Positions 1 to 9,613 of a stretch of 42,998 bases of DNA are shown here, piece after piece. The stretch's first letter is position 1, and each line of letters opens with the position of its first letter. The stretch is from Thermodesulfobacteriota bacterium. GTDB taxonomy: Bacteria > Desulfobacterota > Desulfobulbia > Desulfobulbales > SURF-16. Location of the stretch: contig JBFMAY010000037.1 of the NCBI GenBank assembly GCA_040755455.1, positions 1-42,998 on the forward strand, in the 5' to 3' direction. The notes below the pieces were generated by a model. It was not told the DNA's origin, did no database searches, and saw only the letters and a list, made by a program, of their open reading frames with translations. A program made the position numbers and the translations under genes.

Positions 1-815
1 TGCCAGAAGCGGAGGTGCAACTCCTCATCACCCACCACCTCATACTCACCGAGGTCAATGGTCGGGCTGATCAGCCGGCTGTTGGCGGCGGTTGGGTAAT
101 TTCCACCCAAAACCGTGCCGGCGCATTTGGTCCCACTGTAGCAGGAGGCCGGGCCGTAAGTGGGGGAGCCTATCTCCCAGACGCCATTATCCGTATACCA
201 GTCACCCCAGCCTTCCTCGAAATCACCGCTCCACTGAGGAACCTTCTTGATGATCTCAATTTGATCAACAGACCAGCCCGCGGCAACATAACTGTCGTCG
301 TTCGCATAATGGGTAAAGGCTATCCGGACTTTCTTGCCCGCATAGGCGCTGATGTCAATGTTCATAAGCGACCAGCCCGCTGAAGAATTGACTATGGCAG
401 CACTGATGTTGGTGAACGCCGACCAGCTTCCCGTCGCCTCGTCTTGCACGGATATCTGCACGGTGCCATAGTCGCTGGAATAGTACGAAAACCAGTGCCA
501 GAATCGCAGATGCAATTCCTCATCGCCAGTGATAGGAGGCAATATAATGGTAGGGCTGATCAGCCGGCTGTCCGTTGTCGCCGGGTAATTCCCGCCACAG
601 ACCGTGGCCACATAAAACAGACCACCACCCCATGGCGGATTCGGCGGGTCATGAAGGCAGACATCCCACACGCCATTATCAGTGTACCACCCATTCAGTC
701 CCCCTTCAAAATCCTCTGCGTAGACGACTGTTTCCTCGGCATGCAGCCCGGCCGCATGGATCAAGATGAAGACGGCAATGAGAATGCCCCAAATCCCTTT
801 CTTTTTCCCTGTCAT
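1..815 (-). CDS. Secreted protein with tandem ~163-aa beta-sandwich repeats (cleaved-adhesin / choice-of-anchor J / MAM-like); C-terminus runs off the window
   Basis: Not in the ORF track because it is truncated. Manual translation from ATG 815 (purine-rich RBS upstream): MTGKKKGIWGILIAVFILIHAAGLHA-EETVVYAEDFEGGLNGWYTDNGVW...SRLISPTI...LHLRFWHWF...GW.....IDISAYAGKKVRIAF...GWSVDQIEI. A second copy follows (DFEEGWGDWYTDNGVW...SRLISPTI...LHLRFW). DNA GGGCTGATCAGCCGGCTGT occurs at 64 and 553, 489 nt apart. Confidence 0.85.
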   Translation of the reverse strand, partial: MTGKKKGIWGILIAVFILIHAAGLHAEETVVYAEDFEGGLNGWYTDNGVWDVCLHDPPNPPWGGGLFYVATVCGGNYPATTDSRLISPTIILPPITGDEELHLRFWHWFSYYSSDYGTVQISVQDEATGSWSAFTNISAAIVNSSAGWSLMNIDISAYAGKKVRIAFTHYANDDSYVAAGWSVDQIEIIKKVPQWSGDFEEGWGDWYTDNGVWEIGSPTYGPASCYSGTKCAGTVLGGNYPTAANSRLISPTIDLGEYEVVGDEELHLRFW

Positions 816-1084
816 TTTTTCCCCCTTGTGGATGTTTATTCACCTGCCGGACACATTCTCCGCGCGCATGGCAGGGATTTCCATTTCTTGGCCCGCACGC
901 TGCCCTCCGGTGTAACAGGCAGCAGGCTGCCGCTTTTGCCGCTCTCCGGAATGGCGGAAAAAATTCCGCCGGCAGCCCCATGCCCCGCTGAGCTGAAACA
1001 CTGCACGGCTGCTCATCCGCCTGCTGCCACGGGCGCCCTGCCGGACATCCCGTGGCAACACGAAAAAGGATCAGCGGGCCTCCG

Positions 1085-1744
1085 TCAGTTTTTCATCCTG
1101 CGCCGCAGGGCGACCAGGCCAGCCAGCCCGGAACCGAGCAGCCACACGGCGCCGGGGACCGGCACAACGTTAACGTTAACGGATGCAAGATTGGTGGGAA
1201 CGACCAGCTGATCAAGAATTATACCTTTGTAAATTATGCCAGCGGCCCAGTCCGGTCCGTCCGGGTTGTAATCATATAACCAGATCTCATTCATAAGGCT
1301 TTCCTTCGTGGCGGTGAGTTCGAAGGTGCCGAGCACCAGGTTCGTGCCCGGCCCGAGACCGGTAAAAGCCCACTCATTCATTGTCTGGCCGCGGAATTTC
1401 ACGTGTCCTGGGCTGATGCCCTGGGGGTCATCCTCATAGGGCGTCCAGGCGCCAATAGCAGGTAAAACCAGATTGTCGGCCGTAAGATTATCCGCGGGAA
1501 ACCGCACATCCCAGCCCGCCTTCCACAGCCCCACTTCGGTAATATTGTACAGCAGGTCCACCTTCACCGTTTCGCCCACCGCCAGGTCGATGGTCGCACC
1601 CGTGTCCAGCACCCCCTGGGCCAAACTTGTGTCCCCGCCATAGAAATCCAGGTCAAAGGTGAGCACCGGCGCTGCCCCGGCGGCCGGGCTGAATCCGAAG
1701 ACCATTGTTGCGGCGAGCATTGCGAGACTTCCCTTTTTCATCAT
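1085..1744 (-). CDS. VPLPA-CTERM/PEP-CTERM exosortase target surface protein
   Basis: N-terminal signal peptide, strong RBS (AAGGAGG), and C-terminal VPVPGAVWLLGSGLAGLVALRRR sorting signal (motif, TM helix, basic tail). Confidence 0.9.
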   Translation of the reverse strand: MMKKGSLAMLAATMVFGFSPAAGAAPVLTFDLDFYGGDTSLAQGVLDTGATIDLAVGETVKVDLLYNITEVGLWKAGWDVRFPADNLTADNLVLPAIGAWTPYEDDPQGISPGHVKFRGQTMNEWAFTGLGPGTNLVLGTFELTATKESLMNEIWLYDYNPDGPDWAAGIIYKGIILDQLVVPTNLASVNVNVVPVPGAVWLLGSGLAGLVALRRRMKN

Positions 1745-2267
1745 TTCCTCCTTTTAAAGATTTTTCCTGTTGTGTGTTGCTGTCGAGGCAAACACCCTTT
1801 TAATCTCAATGAAAAAACATGCCATGCGCTGGCAATGCTTGATCATTTTCCCGCTTTGCAATGCCAGGGCCGCTTGCCGCCCCCTTCCCCGGAACAAAAG
1901 CTGCCCTGACCTGTTCTTGCCTAATATGACAGATACAATCTTACGCCAGGCTTACAGAAAATTTTTTTTCAAGAAAAATCCGCCTGCAAACCACTGACGA
2001 TAACATATTGTTTTCACTTAATTTAATCAGCAGACAATTATCAACAGGGGACAGCGCGTTTTTGCGCCATTCTTTCTTACTTAATGCATTTCCCAGGCGG
2101 CTAAAAACTTACAGCCACCTTACAGGTGTAACAGGGGAAAGACAGCGGGAAAAGAGCGCGGGGATGCAGCCGAGGGCGCCGGGGATGGCGCGGAACCGCT
2201 GCGGCAATGCGCCGGTCCCGCACTGGGTCACGGAAGATGAGATAAACGGGAAAACGTTGTGGTTGCT

Positions 2268-5200
2268 TCAGTCGGCCCCGGGCGGCTGCGACAACGGCTG
2301 ATTCTTCTGGTCCATGCCGGCGCGCAGGGAGCGGTGCAGTTTTTCCGTGGCTAATGAGGGTTCCGCATCGAGCACGGCGCGCAGCACCTGACAGCAGTTG
2401 GCATATACCTTCAGCGCCTCGGGGGTGCGGTCCTGCTTCTGCAGACAGATCATGAGCCGCTGATAGAAGACTTCGGAGAGCGGGCTTTTCTCCATGGCCT
2501 GCTGGTAAAGGCCGCCGGCCTCCTGCCACCTGCCGGCCCGCTCCAGATGCCGGCCGAACAGTTCAATGCCCCGCTCAAACCTGCTCCGCAGCCGCTCGCG
2601 CATGGGAATTGTCCAGTGTTCATCATTATCCTGGGGCAGGAAGGGTCCATGGTAAAGACGGAATGCCTTACCTGCCAAGGCGTGTGCCTGGGCGGCATGG
2701 TCGCCGTTCTCTTTCAGCAGCGCCTCGGCCCGGCTGAGCAGCCGCTCAAAGGCCCAGACATCCACCCAGCAGCAATGCGGGTCAATGGTCACCTTGCCCT
2801 TCTGGAGGAGGATGGCTTCAGGGGCGCCGAGCAGGCTCCGGAGGCGGAACAGGGTGGTGTCAAAGGAGCGGCGCGCCTTTTCACCGTCCGCCTCGGTCCA
2901 CAGGGCATCCATGATGTTCATTTCGCTGACCTTGCGGCCGCCCAAGGCGAGCAGTGCCTTGAACAGAGCCAGCGGTTTGGTCTTTTTCTTGGCGGCATAG
3001 GGCAGTTTCTTGCCGAACTTGGCCAGACCGAAGCGACCCAGGGTATAGACCCGGAACATCCATGGCCATTCCTCCACCTCCTGGGGCGACTGGGGGGTTT
3101 GGAGCCGGCAGCACTGCACGATTTTCTGGGCATAATCGGTCTGGATCTTTTCAACAAAGGCCCTGGCGCAGAGTTCCGCCAGTACCGTCCGGTGCAGCAT
3201 GAAGGGCATCAGCCCATGCTGGCCGCTGCCCAGCTCCATGGCCTGCCGCAGGGTGCCAAGGCCGGTCTCGCCATCCCCGTCAATGAACTGAAAATACGCT
3301 TCCAGCAACTTGGCCTCCAAGGAAGACTGACGATAGCCGGCATGGTCCGCCGCTTCTTTTCCCTGCAGCAGCAGCTGCCGCGCCGGCGGTCGATCGCCAT
3401 GGGCGCCGGCGATGGCGGCCCCCAGGAGGATGCCGGCTGTTTTGGCATAACAGGGCACGGCCGAATCCGCCAGTTCCATGGCCAGGGTGGCCGCCGATGC
3501 CGCATTTTCCAGCCTTCCTTCCTGCAGGGCCAGGGCGGCATGGAGAAAATGGTACCAGAACTGACAGGATAAATATTTTATCTGGGCAATGGCCGCCATG
3601 CGATTAAGCAGGCCCGCCGCCGTCTTCGTGTCACCTATATAGAGGGCGGCCCGGATGCCATGGCACAACAGCATGCAGTCCACGGCATGCACCCCGGAGA
3701 GATCAGCTAGGGCAAGACCGTCGTTGAGCAGTTTCAGGGCCTGCTTGAACTCGCCGCGGGCGTTGGCCAGAAATATCTCCGCGGCAATGATCCTGATGCG
3801 GGCAGCCGGGCTGGAGGGAGCATCACAGGCAGCCTGGCGCAGTATATCAAGGACGCCCTCCGCCTCATCACAATTTCCCGTATAGATGCGGTACACGGCG
3901 GCGTGAACCAGGATATGGGTCTTGACCCCGATATCCTGGGTTGTCGCGGCCAGGCGCAAGCCGCGTTCTTCCCAGACAGGAAAATCATCATGCCGGGGAT
4001 TACGTATGACCAGGGCCACATACATGCTGGCCGTCACCCGATCGGCTGCTTCCCCATCGCTAAGTTGCCGCGGATCGGGCAGAATTTCTTCAATTATGGC
4101 CAGATAACGGTCCAGAGAAGCGCAGTCATCCAGGTTTGCCAAAAGGCATTCCATGACGCCCGCCCAGGCCAGCAAGGTATTGGTCCGCCACCCGTCCGCC
4201 TCGCGGAAAAGGACAAACGCCTGCTGAAAAAAATGCCGGGCAGCCTGTGAATCCGCCTCCCTTGCGGCCATGCCCTGCCAGTAGAGAAGCCGGGGATCAT
4301 TTTCAATCATATGGCCGGGAAGAGCCTGCAGCCATTTGGCCAGGACCCGGCAGCGCCCCTGCTCCAGCAGCGGCCTCGCCTTCTGCAGAATCAGCCAGGC
4401 GAGACCTTCCCAGTCAGACGCCTGCCGCAGCAGGACAGAGGCCTGATCCTCCTCCCCTGCTTCCAGCATCAGGCCCGCAACCTTCTGCTGCAGAACCTTC
4501 TGCTGCTGCTCGGAAAACTGCGTGGCGGCCCGCTCCTGCAGGAACCGGCGGAAAAGCGGATGATATTGAAAGAGCGGTTGTCCCTTCTCCACCCTCTTGG
4601 TAAAACGGTTGGAACGGCACAGAAACGACAGCAGGCTGTTGACGTGCGGGAAACCGGTAAGCTGACCGGCCTGATCGGGATGGATGCTGTTCAGAAACGA
4701 GGTCTTCATGAGGAAGTCTTTCATGTTCTCCGCCAATTCATCATAGACTTCCCCGGCAAAATATTCGAAAATATCCTCCAGACTGACGGCATAACACCCT
4801 AAACTATCATCATTATTGGCCAGGCAGCCGTTCATTATCAGCTGCAGACCGGCCGCCCAGCCGTCAAGCTGGGCAAAAACGGCTGAGACCCGCTCCCTGT
4901 CCGCCGTGCTCAATCCGCTCAGCTGACAGATCTTTCTGCACTCGCCCTCGGTCAACCGCAGCTCCTCCCAGCCCAGCAGAGCCATCTGCCGGTTGGCGCG
5001 CAGCCGGGAAAAATTGGGGGGCGGGCCATTGCGGCTCATGATGATCACCGACAAACCCTCAGGGATTCTCGACAGCCCGGCCAGCAGCGCCCGATGCAGA
5101 TGGGCATCAGGTGATATTTCCTGGTAATCATCCAGCACCAGGACAAACGGCGGCTTGACGCAACCGGCCAGGTAATTGAAAAATTTCCTGCTGGATGTCT

Positions 5201-5513
5201 GAATACCCCGGCAAGACCTGTCCGCCAACTCGGAGATTATCCGGCCGGCGTCCTGGGAAAAATTTTCCAGCGCCAGCCCGAGATAATGAAAAAAAGAGCT
5301 GAGATTGTCATCCCCGCCGTCCACCTTGTACCATACACAGGGAAGCTGTCTTGCTTCCAGATAACTTGCCACCAGGGACGTTTTGCCGGAACCGGCAGGC
5401 CCGGTGATGAAGGTGACGGGGAGCTGCCTGGCCTTATCAAGCTGCAGAAACAGGCGGTCGCGGGGCATGATGGCGCTGAGCCGCGGTTTGCTGATTTTGC
5501 CGATACTGCTCAT
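2268..5513 (-). CDS. MalT-like STAND ATPase transcriptional regulator with C-terminal winged-helix and BTAD domain
   Basis: KxxxPRL...RxRL start, Walker A GPAGSGKT, Walker B LVLDDYQ, GWAAGLQL, YHPLF, helical TPR-like middle, then YTLGRF...LW...FDTTLFRLR...CWVDVWAFE...LYHGPFL...PLSEVFYQRLM (BTAD-type). Confidence 0.9.
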   Translation of the reverse strand: MSSIGKISKPRLSAIMPRDRLFLQLDKARQLPVTFITGPAGSGKTSLVASYLEARQLPCVWYKVDGGDDNLSSFFHYLGLALENFSQDAGRIISELADRSCRGIQTSSRKFFNYLAGCVKPPFVLVLDDYQEISPDAHLHRALLAGLSRIPEGLSVIIMSRNGPPPNFSRLRANRQMALLGWEELRLTEGECRKICQLSGLSTADRERVSAVFAQLDGWAAGLQLIMNGCLANNDDSLGCYAVSLEDIFEYFAGEVYDELAENMKDFLMKTSFLNSIHPDQAGQLTGFPHVNSLLSFLCRSNRFTKRVEKGQPLFQYHPLFRRFLQERAATQFSEQQQKVLQQKVAGLMLEAGEEDQASVLLRQASDWEGLAWLILQKARPLLEQGRCRVLAKWLQALPGHMIENDPRLLYWQGMAAREADSQAARHFFQQAFVLFREADGWRTNTLLAWAGVMECLLANLDDCASLDRYLAIIEEILPDPRQLSDGEAADRVTASMYVALVIRNPRHDDFPVWEERGLRLAATTQDIGVKTHILVHAAVYRIYTGNCDEAEGVLDILRQAACDAPSSPAARIRIIAAEIFLANARGEFKQALKLLNDGLALADLSGVHAVDCMLLCHGIRAALYIGDTKTAAGLLNRMAAIAQIKYLSCQFWYHFLHAALALQEGRLENAASAATLAMELADSAVPCYAKTAGILLGAAIAGAHGDRPPARQLLLQGKEAADHAGYRQSSLEAKLLEAYFQFIDGDGETGLGTLRQAMELGSGQHGLMPFMLHRTVLAELCARAFVEKIQTDYAQKIVQCCRLQTPQSPQEVEEWPWMFRVYTLGRFGLAKFGKKLPYAAKKKTKPLALFKALLALGGRKVSEMNIMDALWTEADGEKARRSFDTTLFRLRSLLGAPEAILLQKGKVTIDPHCCWVDVWAFERLLSRAEALLKENGDHAAQAHALAGKAFRLYHGPFLPQDNDEHWTIPMRERLRSRFERGIELFGRHLERAGRWQEAGGLYQQAMEKSPLSEVFYQRLMICLQKQDRTPEALKVYANCCQVLRAVLDAEPSLATEKLHRSLRAGMDQKNQPLSQPPGAD

Positions 5514-5972
5514 GGTGCCCCCATGGTGTTTGTTGCGCCTGCGGCACGTGCCAAGTCACTGTAAAATGAAGCAGGCAGAACAGGATGTTACGTTGTTTGC
5601 GCCAGGCAAAAGTCCTGAAAAAAACAAAACCTAAAAATACAACAATTTACCAGGCTTTCCTCGCAGCCGAAAGGAATGTTTTCACTCGTCAATGCGGTTA
5701 AATGTCGCACATGGCCTGCGGAGAAAAAAATCCTTGTGATTTGTCATGGCTATATACAGAAAAGCCCTATCGGCAAAAAAGTGATCAAACCAAATTTTCC
5801 GGCAATGCTCCGGCGCAGTAAATGACAAAAAAATAACATTTTTCCGATGAAAGGGTGGAAATAATTTCTAAGATGGATTACTAATATATAATTTTGCCAA
5901 TACATGTGCTGTCAAGGCACTTCCGATTTGTTATTATCTTATATCTAACCTATCAACATTTAAGGAGAAGTT

Positions 5973-8900
5973 ATGTCACGGAAAATGGTCACCATAGATG
6001 GCAACCAGGCGTGTACCCATGTCGCCTATGCCACCAGCGAAATTATCACCATCTATCCCATTACCCCGTCTTCCCCGATGGCAGCCGAGGCTGATTCCAA
6101 GGCCACCGCCGGGCAGAAAAACATCTGGGACAGCGTGCCGGTTGTCACACAGATGCAGTCTGAGGGCGGCGTTGCCGGCTCCTTGCATGGTTCTTTAACC
6201 ACCGGCGCCCTGTGCACCACCTTCACCGCCTCCCAGGGTCTGCTGCTGATGCTGCCCAATATGTACAAACTGGCCGGCGAGCTGACCCCCACCGTTTTTC
6301 ATATCACGGCACGCTCCCTGGCCTGCCAGGGACTCTCCATTTTCGGTGACCACGGCGACGTCATGGCCGCCCGCCAGACCGGCTGGGGCATGCTCTGCTC
6401 CCAGAACGTGCAGGAATGCCAGGATATGGCCCTCATCTCCACCCAGGCCGCGTTGAAATCACGCATCCCCTTCATGCATTTCTTTGACGGTTTCCGCACC
6501 TCCCATGAAATCCAGAAGGTCGAGCAACTCACCATGGATGACATGCGGGCCATGATTGACGAGGATCTCGTCATCGCCCACCGCCTGCGCGGCCTGTCCC
6601 CGGACCGGCCCATGATGCGCGGCACGGCCCAGAACCCGGATGTCTATTTCACCGGCCGGGAAACGGTCAACAAGTACTATAACGCCACGGCGGGCATTAT
6701 CCAGGAAACCATGGACAAGTTCGCCGCACTCACCGGCCGCCGCTATCATCTCTTCGACTACCATGGCGCGCCGGATGCCGAGGAGATCATCGTCATGATG
6801 GGTTCCGGCTGCGAAACCGTTGCCGCCACCATTGACCATCTTGTCTCCCTGGGCAGGAAAATAGGCCTGGTCATTGTCCGCCTCTTCCGTCCCTTTGACA
6901 TGAAGGCCATGGTCAACGCCATGCCGGCCACGGTCAAACGCATCACCGTGCTTGACCGCACCAAGGAGCCCGGCGCTCCCGGCGAGCCGCTTTATCTCGA
7001 TGTGCGCGCCGCGGTGGGTGAAGCCATAGAAACCTCCTCTATGAAGAATCATCCGATGATTCTCTCCGGGCGTTACGGCCTCGGTTCGGCCGAGTTCACC
7101 CCGGCCATGGTCAAGGCGGTTTTCGACAACATGGCCGCCTGGGCCCCGAAAAACCATTTCTGCGTCGGCCCCAATGATGATGTGGCCTTCACCAGCCTGG
7201 CCTATGACAAGTCCTTCAACATTGAAGGAAAGGACGTTTACCGCGCCATGTTTTACGGCCTGGGTGCCGACGGCACGGTGGGCGCCAACAAGAACACCAT
7301 CAAGATCATCGGCACGGAAACGGACAACAGCGCCCAGGGCTACTTTGTCTATGACTCGAAGAAATCAGGTTCCATCACCACCAGCCATCTGCGTTTCGGC
7401 AAAAACCCGGTTATCGCGCCCTACCTGATCAACAAGGCCAACTTCATCGCCTGCCATAACTTCACCTTCCTGGACAAGTACGACATGCTGTCCAACCTGG
7501 AAGAGGGCGGCACCTTCCTGCTGACCACCACCTTCAACCAGAAGGAGATATGGAAACAGCTGCCGGCAGCCGTGCAGAAACAGCTCATCGACAAAAAGGC
7601 CAAATTCTACATCATCGACGCCATCAACCTGGCCGAGGCCATCGGTCTGGGCGCCAGGATCAACATGATCATGCAGACCGCCTTCTTCCTCATCTCCGGC
7701 ATCCTCACCAAGGAAGAGGCCATCAAGGCCATCAAGGGCGCCATCTACAAAACCTATGGCCAGAAGGGCGAAAAAGTTGTCAACATGAACTACAGCGCGG
7801 TTGACACAGCGGTGAACAACATCGTCGAGGTCAAGATGCCCAAGACCATCGGCGGCCACGCCTTGCCGCCCACCGTGCCGGATGACGCCCCGGCCTTTGT
7901 CAAGGAGGTCACCGCCAAGATGATCCAGGGCAAGGGCGAGGAGATCAAGGTTTCCCAGATGCCTGACGACGGAACCTGGCCCACCGCCACCACCCAGTAC
8001 GAGAAACGCAACATCGCCGTCCACGTACCCGTCTGGCTGCCGGAAAACTGCATCCAGTGCGGACGCTGCTCCCTGGTTTGCCCCCATTCCGCCATCCGCA
8101 TGAAGATCGTCAAAGCCGTTGACCTGAAAAAAGCGCCCAAGACCCTGAAGACCGCCGACGCCGTGGGCAAGGAGTTCAAGGACCGCAAGGCCATCGTGCA
8201 GGTGTTCACCGAGGACTGCTGCGGCTGCACCCTGTGCGAGGGAGTCTGCCCGGCCAAGACCAAGGCCCTGGTCATGACCACCAACAGTGAGGACATCAGG
8301 AACACCGAGGCAGCCAACGTTAAGTTCTTCCTGAACCTGCCCGAGGTGAATTATTCCGAGATCGACCCCTCCACCGTCAAGGGCAGCCAGCTGATGCGGC
8401 CGCTGTTCGAGTTCTCCGGCGCCTGCGCCGGCTGCGGCGAGACCCCGTACATCAAACTGGTCACCCAGTTGTTCGGCGACCGCATGTTCGTAGCCAATGC
8501 CACCGGCTGCTCCTCCATTTACGGCGGCAACCTGCCCACCACCCCCTACTGCAAGCGCAGTGACGGCCGCGGGCCGGTCTGGTCCAACTCCCTGTTTGAG
8601 GACAATGCCGAGTTCGGTCTCGGTATGCGCCAGACGGTGAACAAACTTGGTCACCAGGCGGTGGAGTTGCTGGAGGAAGCCGTGACCCAGAAGATCATCA
8701 CCAAAAAAATGGCCACCGACCTGACCAATGTCTCCCAGAAAAACCAGATGGAGATCGAGGCACAGCGCGACCGGGTGGCCAAACTCAAAGAGGTCCTGGC
8801 GGCAAGCTCCAGCGTTATCGCCAAACGGCTCTTCCATGTGGCTGATTATCTGGTCAAAAAATCCGTCTGGATCTTTGGCGGCGACGGCTGGGCCTATGAC

Positions 8901-9515
8901 ATCGGTTACGGCGGTCTGGACCATGTGCTGGCCTCCGGCGAGAACGTCAACGTCATGATCCTTGACACCGAGGTCTACTCCAACACCGGCGGCCAGATGT
9001 CAAAATCCACCCCGCGCGCCGCCACTGCCCAGTTTGCCGCCGGTGGCAAGCGCATGCCCAAGAAGGACATCGGCATGATCTTTTCCACCTACGGCAACGT
9101 TTATGTGGCCAAGGTATCACTGGGCGCCAATCCGGGCCAGGTGGTCAAGGCCATTGCCGAGGCCGAGGCCTACGACGGACCGTCCCTGATCATCGCCTAT
9201 GCACACTGCATCAACCACGGCATCAACATGGCCAAGGGCCTTGACCAGCAGGTCAAGGCGGTTAAATGCGGCCATTGGCCCCTGTACCGCTACAATCCGG
9301 ACCTGGAAAAAGAAGGGAAAAATCCCCTGCACCTTGACAGCAAGGCCCCGTCCATCCCCTTTGATGAGTATGCCCTGGGCGAGAACCGCTACCGGGCGCT
9401 GAAGATCACCAACCCTTCCATGGCGGGCGAGCTGATGGCCCAGTCGCAGAAGGATGTGGAAAGAGGCTGGAAATTCCTGGAGGGCCGTTTCAAGGCCCTT
9501 GAGCCGGAAAAATAG
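5973..9515 (+). CDS. nifJ: Pyruvate:ferredoxin (flavodoxin) oxidoreductase, single-chain type
   Basis: YPITPSS, QSEGG, FTASQGLLLM, GLGADGTVGANK, two ferredoxin motifs (CIQCGRCSLVCP; CCGCTLCEGVCP), FSGACAGCGETPY, GCSSIYG, GGDGWAYDIG, YSNTGGQ. RBS AAGGAG. Confidence 0.98.
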   Translation: MSRKMVTIDGNQACTHVAYATSEIITIYPITPSSPMAAEADSKATAGQKNIWDSVPVVTQMQSEGGVAGSLHGSLTTGALCTTFTASQGLLLMLPNMYKLAGELTPTVFHITARSLACQGLSIFGDHGDVMAARQTGWGMLCSQNVQECQDMALISTQAALKSRIPFMHFFDGFRTSHEIQKVEQLTMDDMRAMIDEDLVIAHRLRGLSPDRPMMRGTAQNPDVYFTGRETVNKYYNATAGIIQETMDKFAALTGRRYHLFDYHGAPDAEEIIVMMGSGCETVAATIDHLVSLGRKIGLVIVRLFRPFDMKAMVNAMPATVKRITVLDRTKEPGAPGEPLYLDVRAAVGEAIETSSMKNHPMILSGRYGLGSAEFTPAMVKAVFDNMAAWAPKNHFCVGPNDDVAFTSLAYDKSFNIEGKDVYRAMFYGLGADGTVGANKNTIKIIGTETDNSAQGYFVYDSKKSGSITTSHLRFGKNPVIAPYLINKANFIACHNFTFLDKYDMLSNLEEGGTFLLTTTFNQKEIWKQLPAAVQKQLIDKKAKFYIIDAINLAEAIGLGARINMIMQTAFFLISGILTKEEAIKAIKGAIYKTYGQKGEKVVNMNYSAVDTAVNNIVEVKMPKTIGGHALPPTVPDDAPAFVKEVTAKMIQGKGEEIKVSQMPDDGTWPTATTQYEKRNIAVHVPVWLPENCIQCGRCSLVCPHSAIRMKIVKAVDLKKAPKTLKTADAVGKEFKDRKAIVQVFTEDCCGCTLCEGVCPAKTKALVMTTNSEDIRNTEAANVKFFLNLPEVNYSEIDPSTVKGSQLMRPLFEFSGACAGCGETPYIKLVTQLFGDRMFVANATGCSSIYGGNLPTTPYCKRSDGRGPVWSNSLFEDNAEFGLGMRQTVNKLGHQAVELLEEAVTQKIITKKMATDLTNVSQKNQMEIEAQRDRVAKLKEVLAASSSVIAKRLFHVADYLVKKSVWIFGGDGWAYDIGYGGLDHVLASGENVNVMILDTEVYSNTGGQMSKSTPRAATAQFAAGGKRMPKKDIGMIFSTYGNVYVAKVSLGANPGQVVKAIAEAEAYDGPSLIIAYAHCINHGINMAKGLDQQVKAVKCGHWPLYRYNPDLEKEGKNPLHLDSKAPSIPFDEYALGENRYRALKITNPSMAGELMAQSQKDVERGWKFLEGRFKALEPEK

Positions 9516-9521
9516 CTGAGA

Positions 9522-9549
9522 CTGATGGGTCATGGCTGATAGCGCATGA
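9522..9549. repeat. Degenerate heptanucleotide repeat (ctgatgg gtcatgg ctgatag cgcatga)
   Basis: 7-nt periodicity just downstream of the PFOR stop codon. Confidence 0.45.
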
Positions 9550-9558
9550 CAACTGATA

Positions 9559-9594
9559 AAAAAAGGCCGCCGGATTACTCCGGCGGCCTTTTTT
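9559..9594. terminator. Bidirectional intrinsic terminator
   Basis: AAAAAA-GGCCGCCGGA-TTAC-TCCGGCGGCC-TTTTTT between convergent genes. Confidence 0.9.
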
Positions 9595-9613
9595 ATGGCA
9601 GGCGTGCAGGCAA

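Noticed and set aside
15..1211. Plus-strand ORFs 15..383 and 444..1211
   Set aside because: They are antisense shadows of the minus-strand repeat protein and the VPLPA-CTERM gene.
1811..1826. sigma54 promoter for the VPLPA-CTERM gene (TGGCATG-TTTT-TTCAT on the minus strand)
   Set aside because: The -12 element lacks GC; too weak to call.
7365..8924. Long antisense ORFs (519 aa here; also 16599..17996, 2547..3572, 10772..11794)
   Set aside because: They are shadow frames typical of GC-rich coding DNA opposite well-supported genes.
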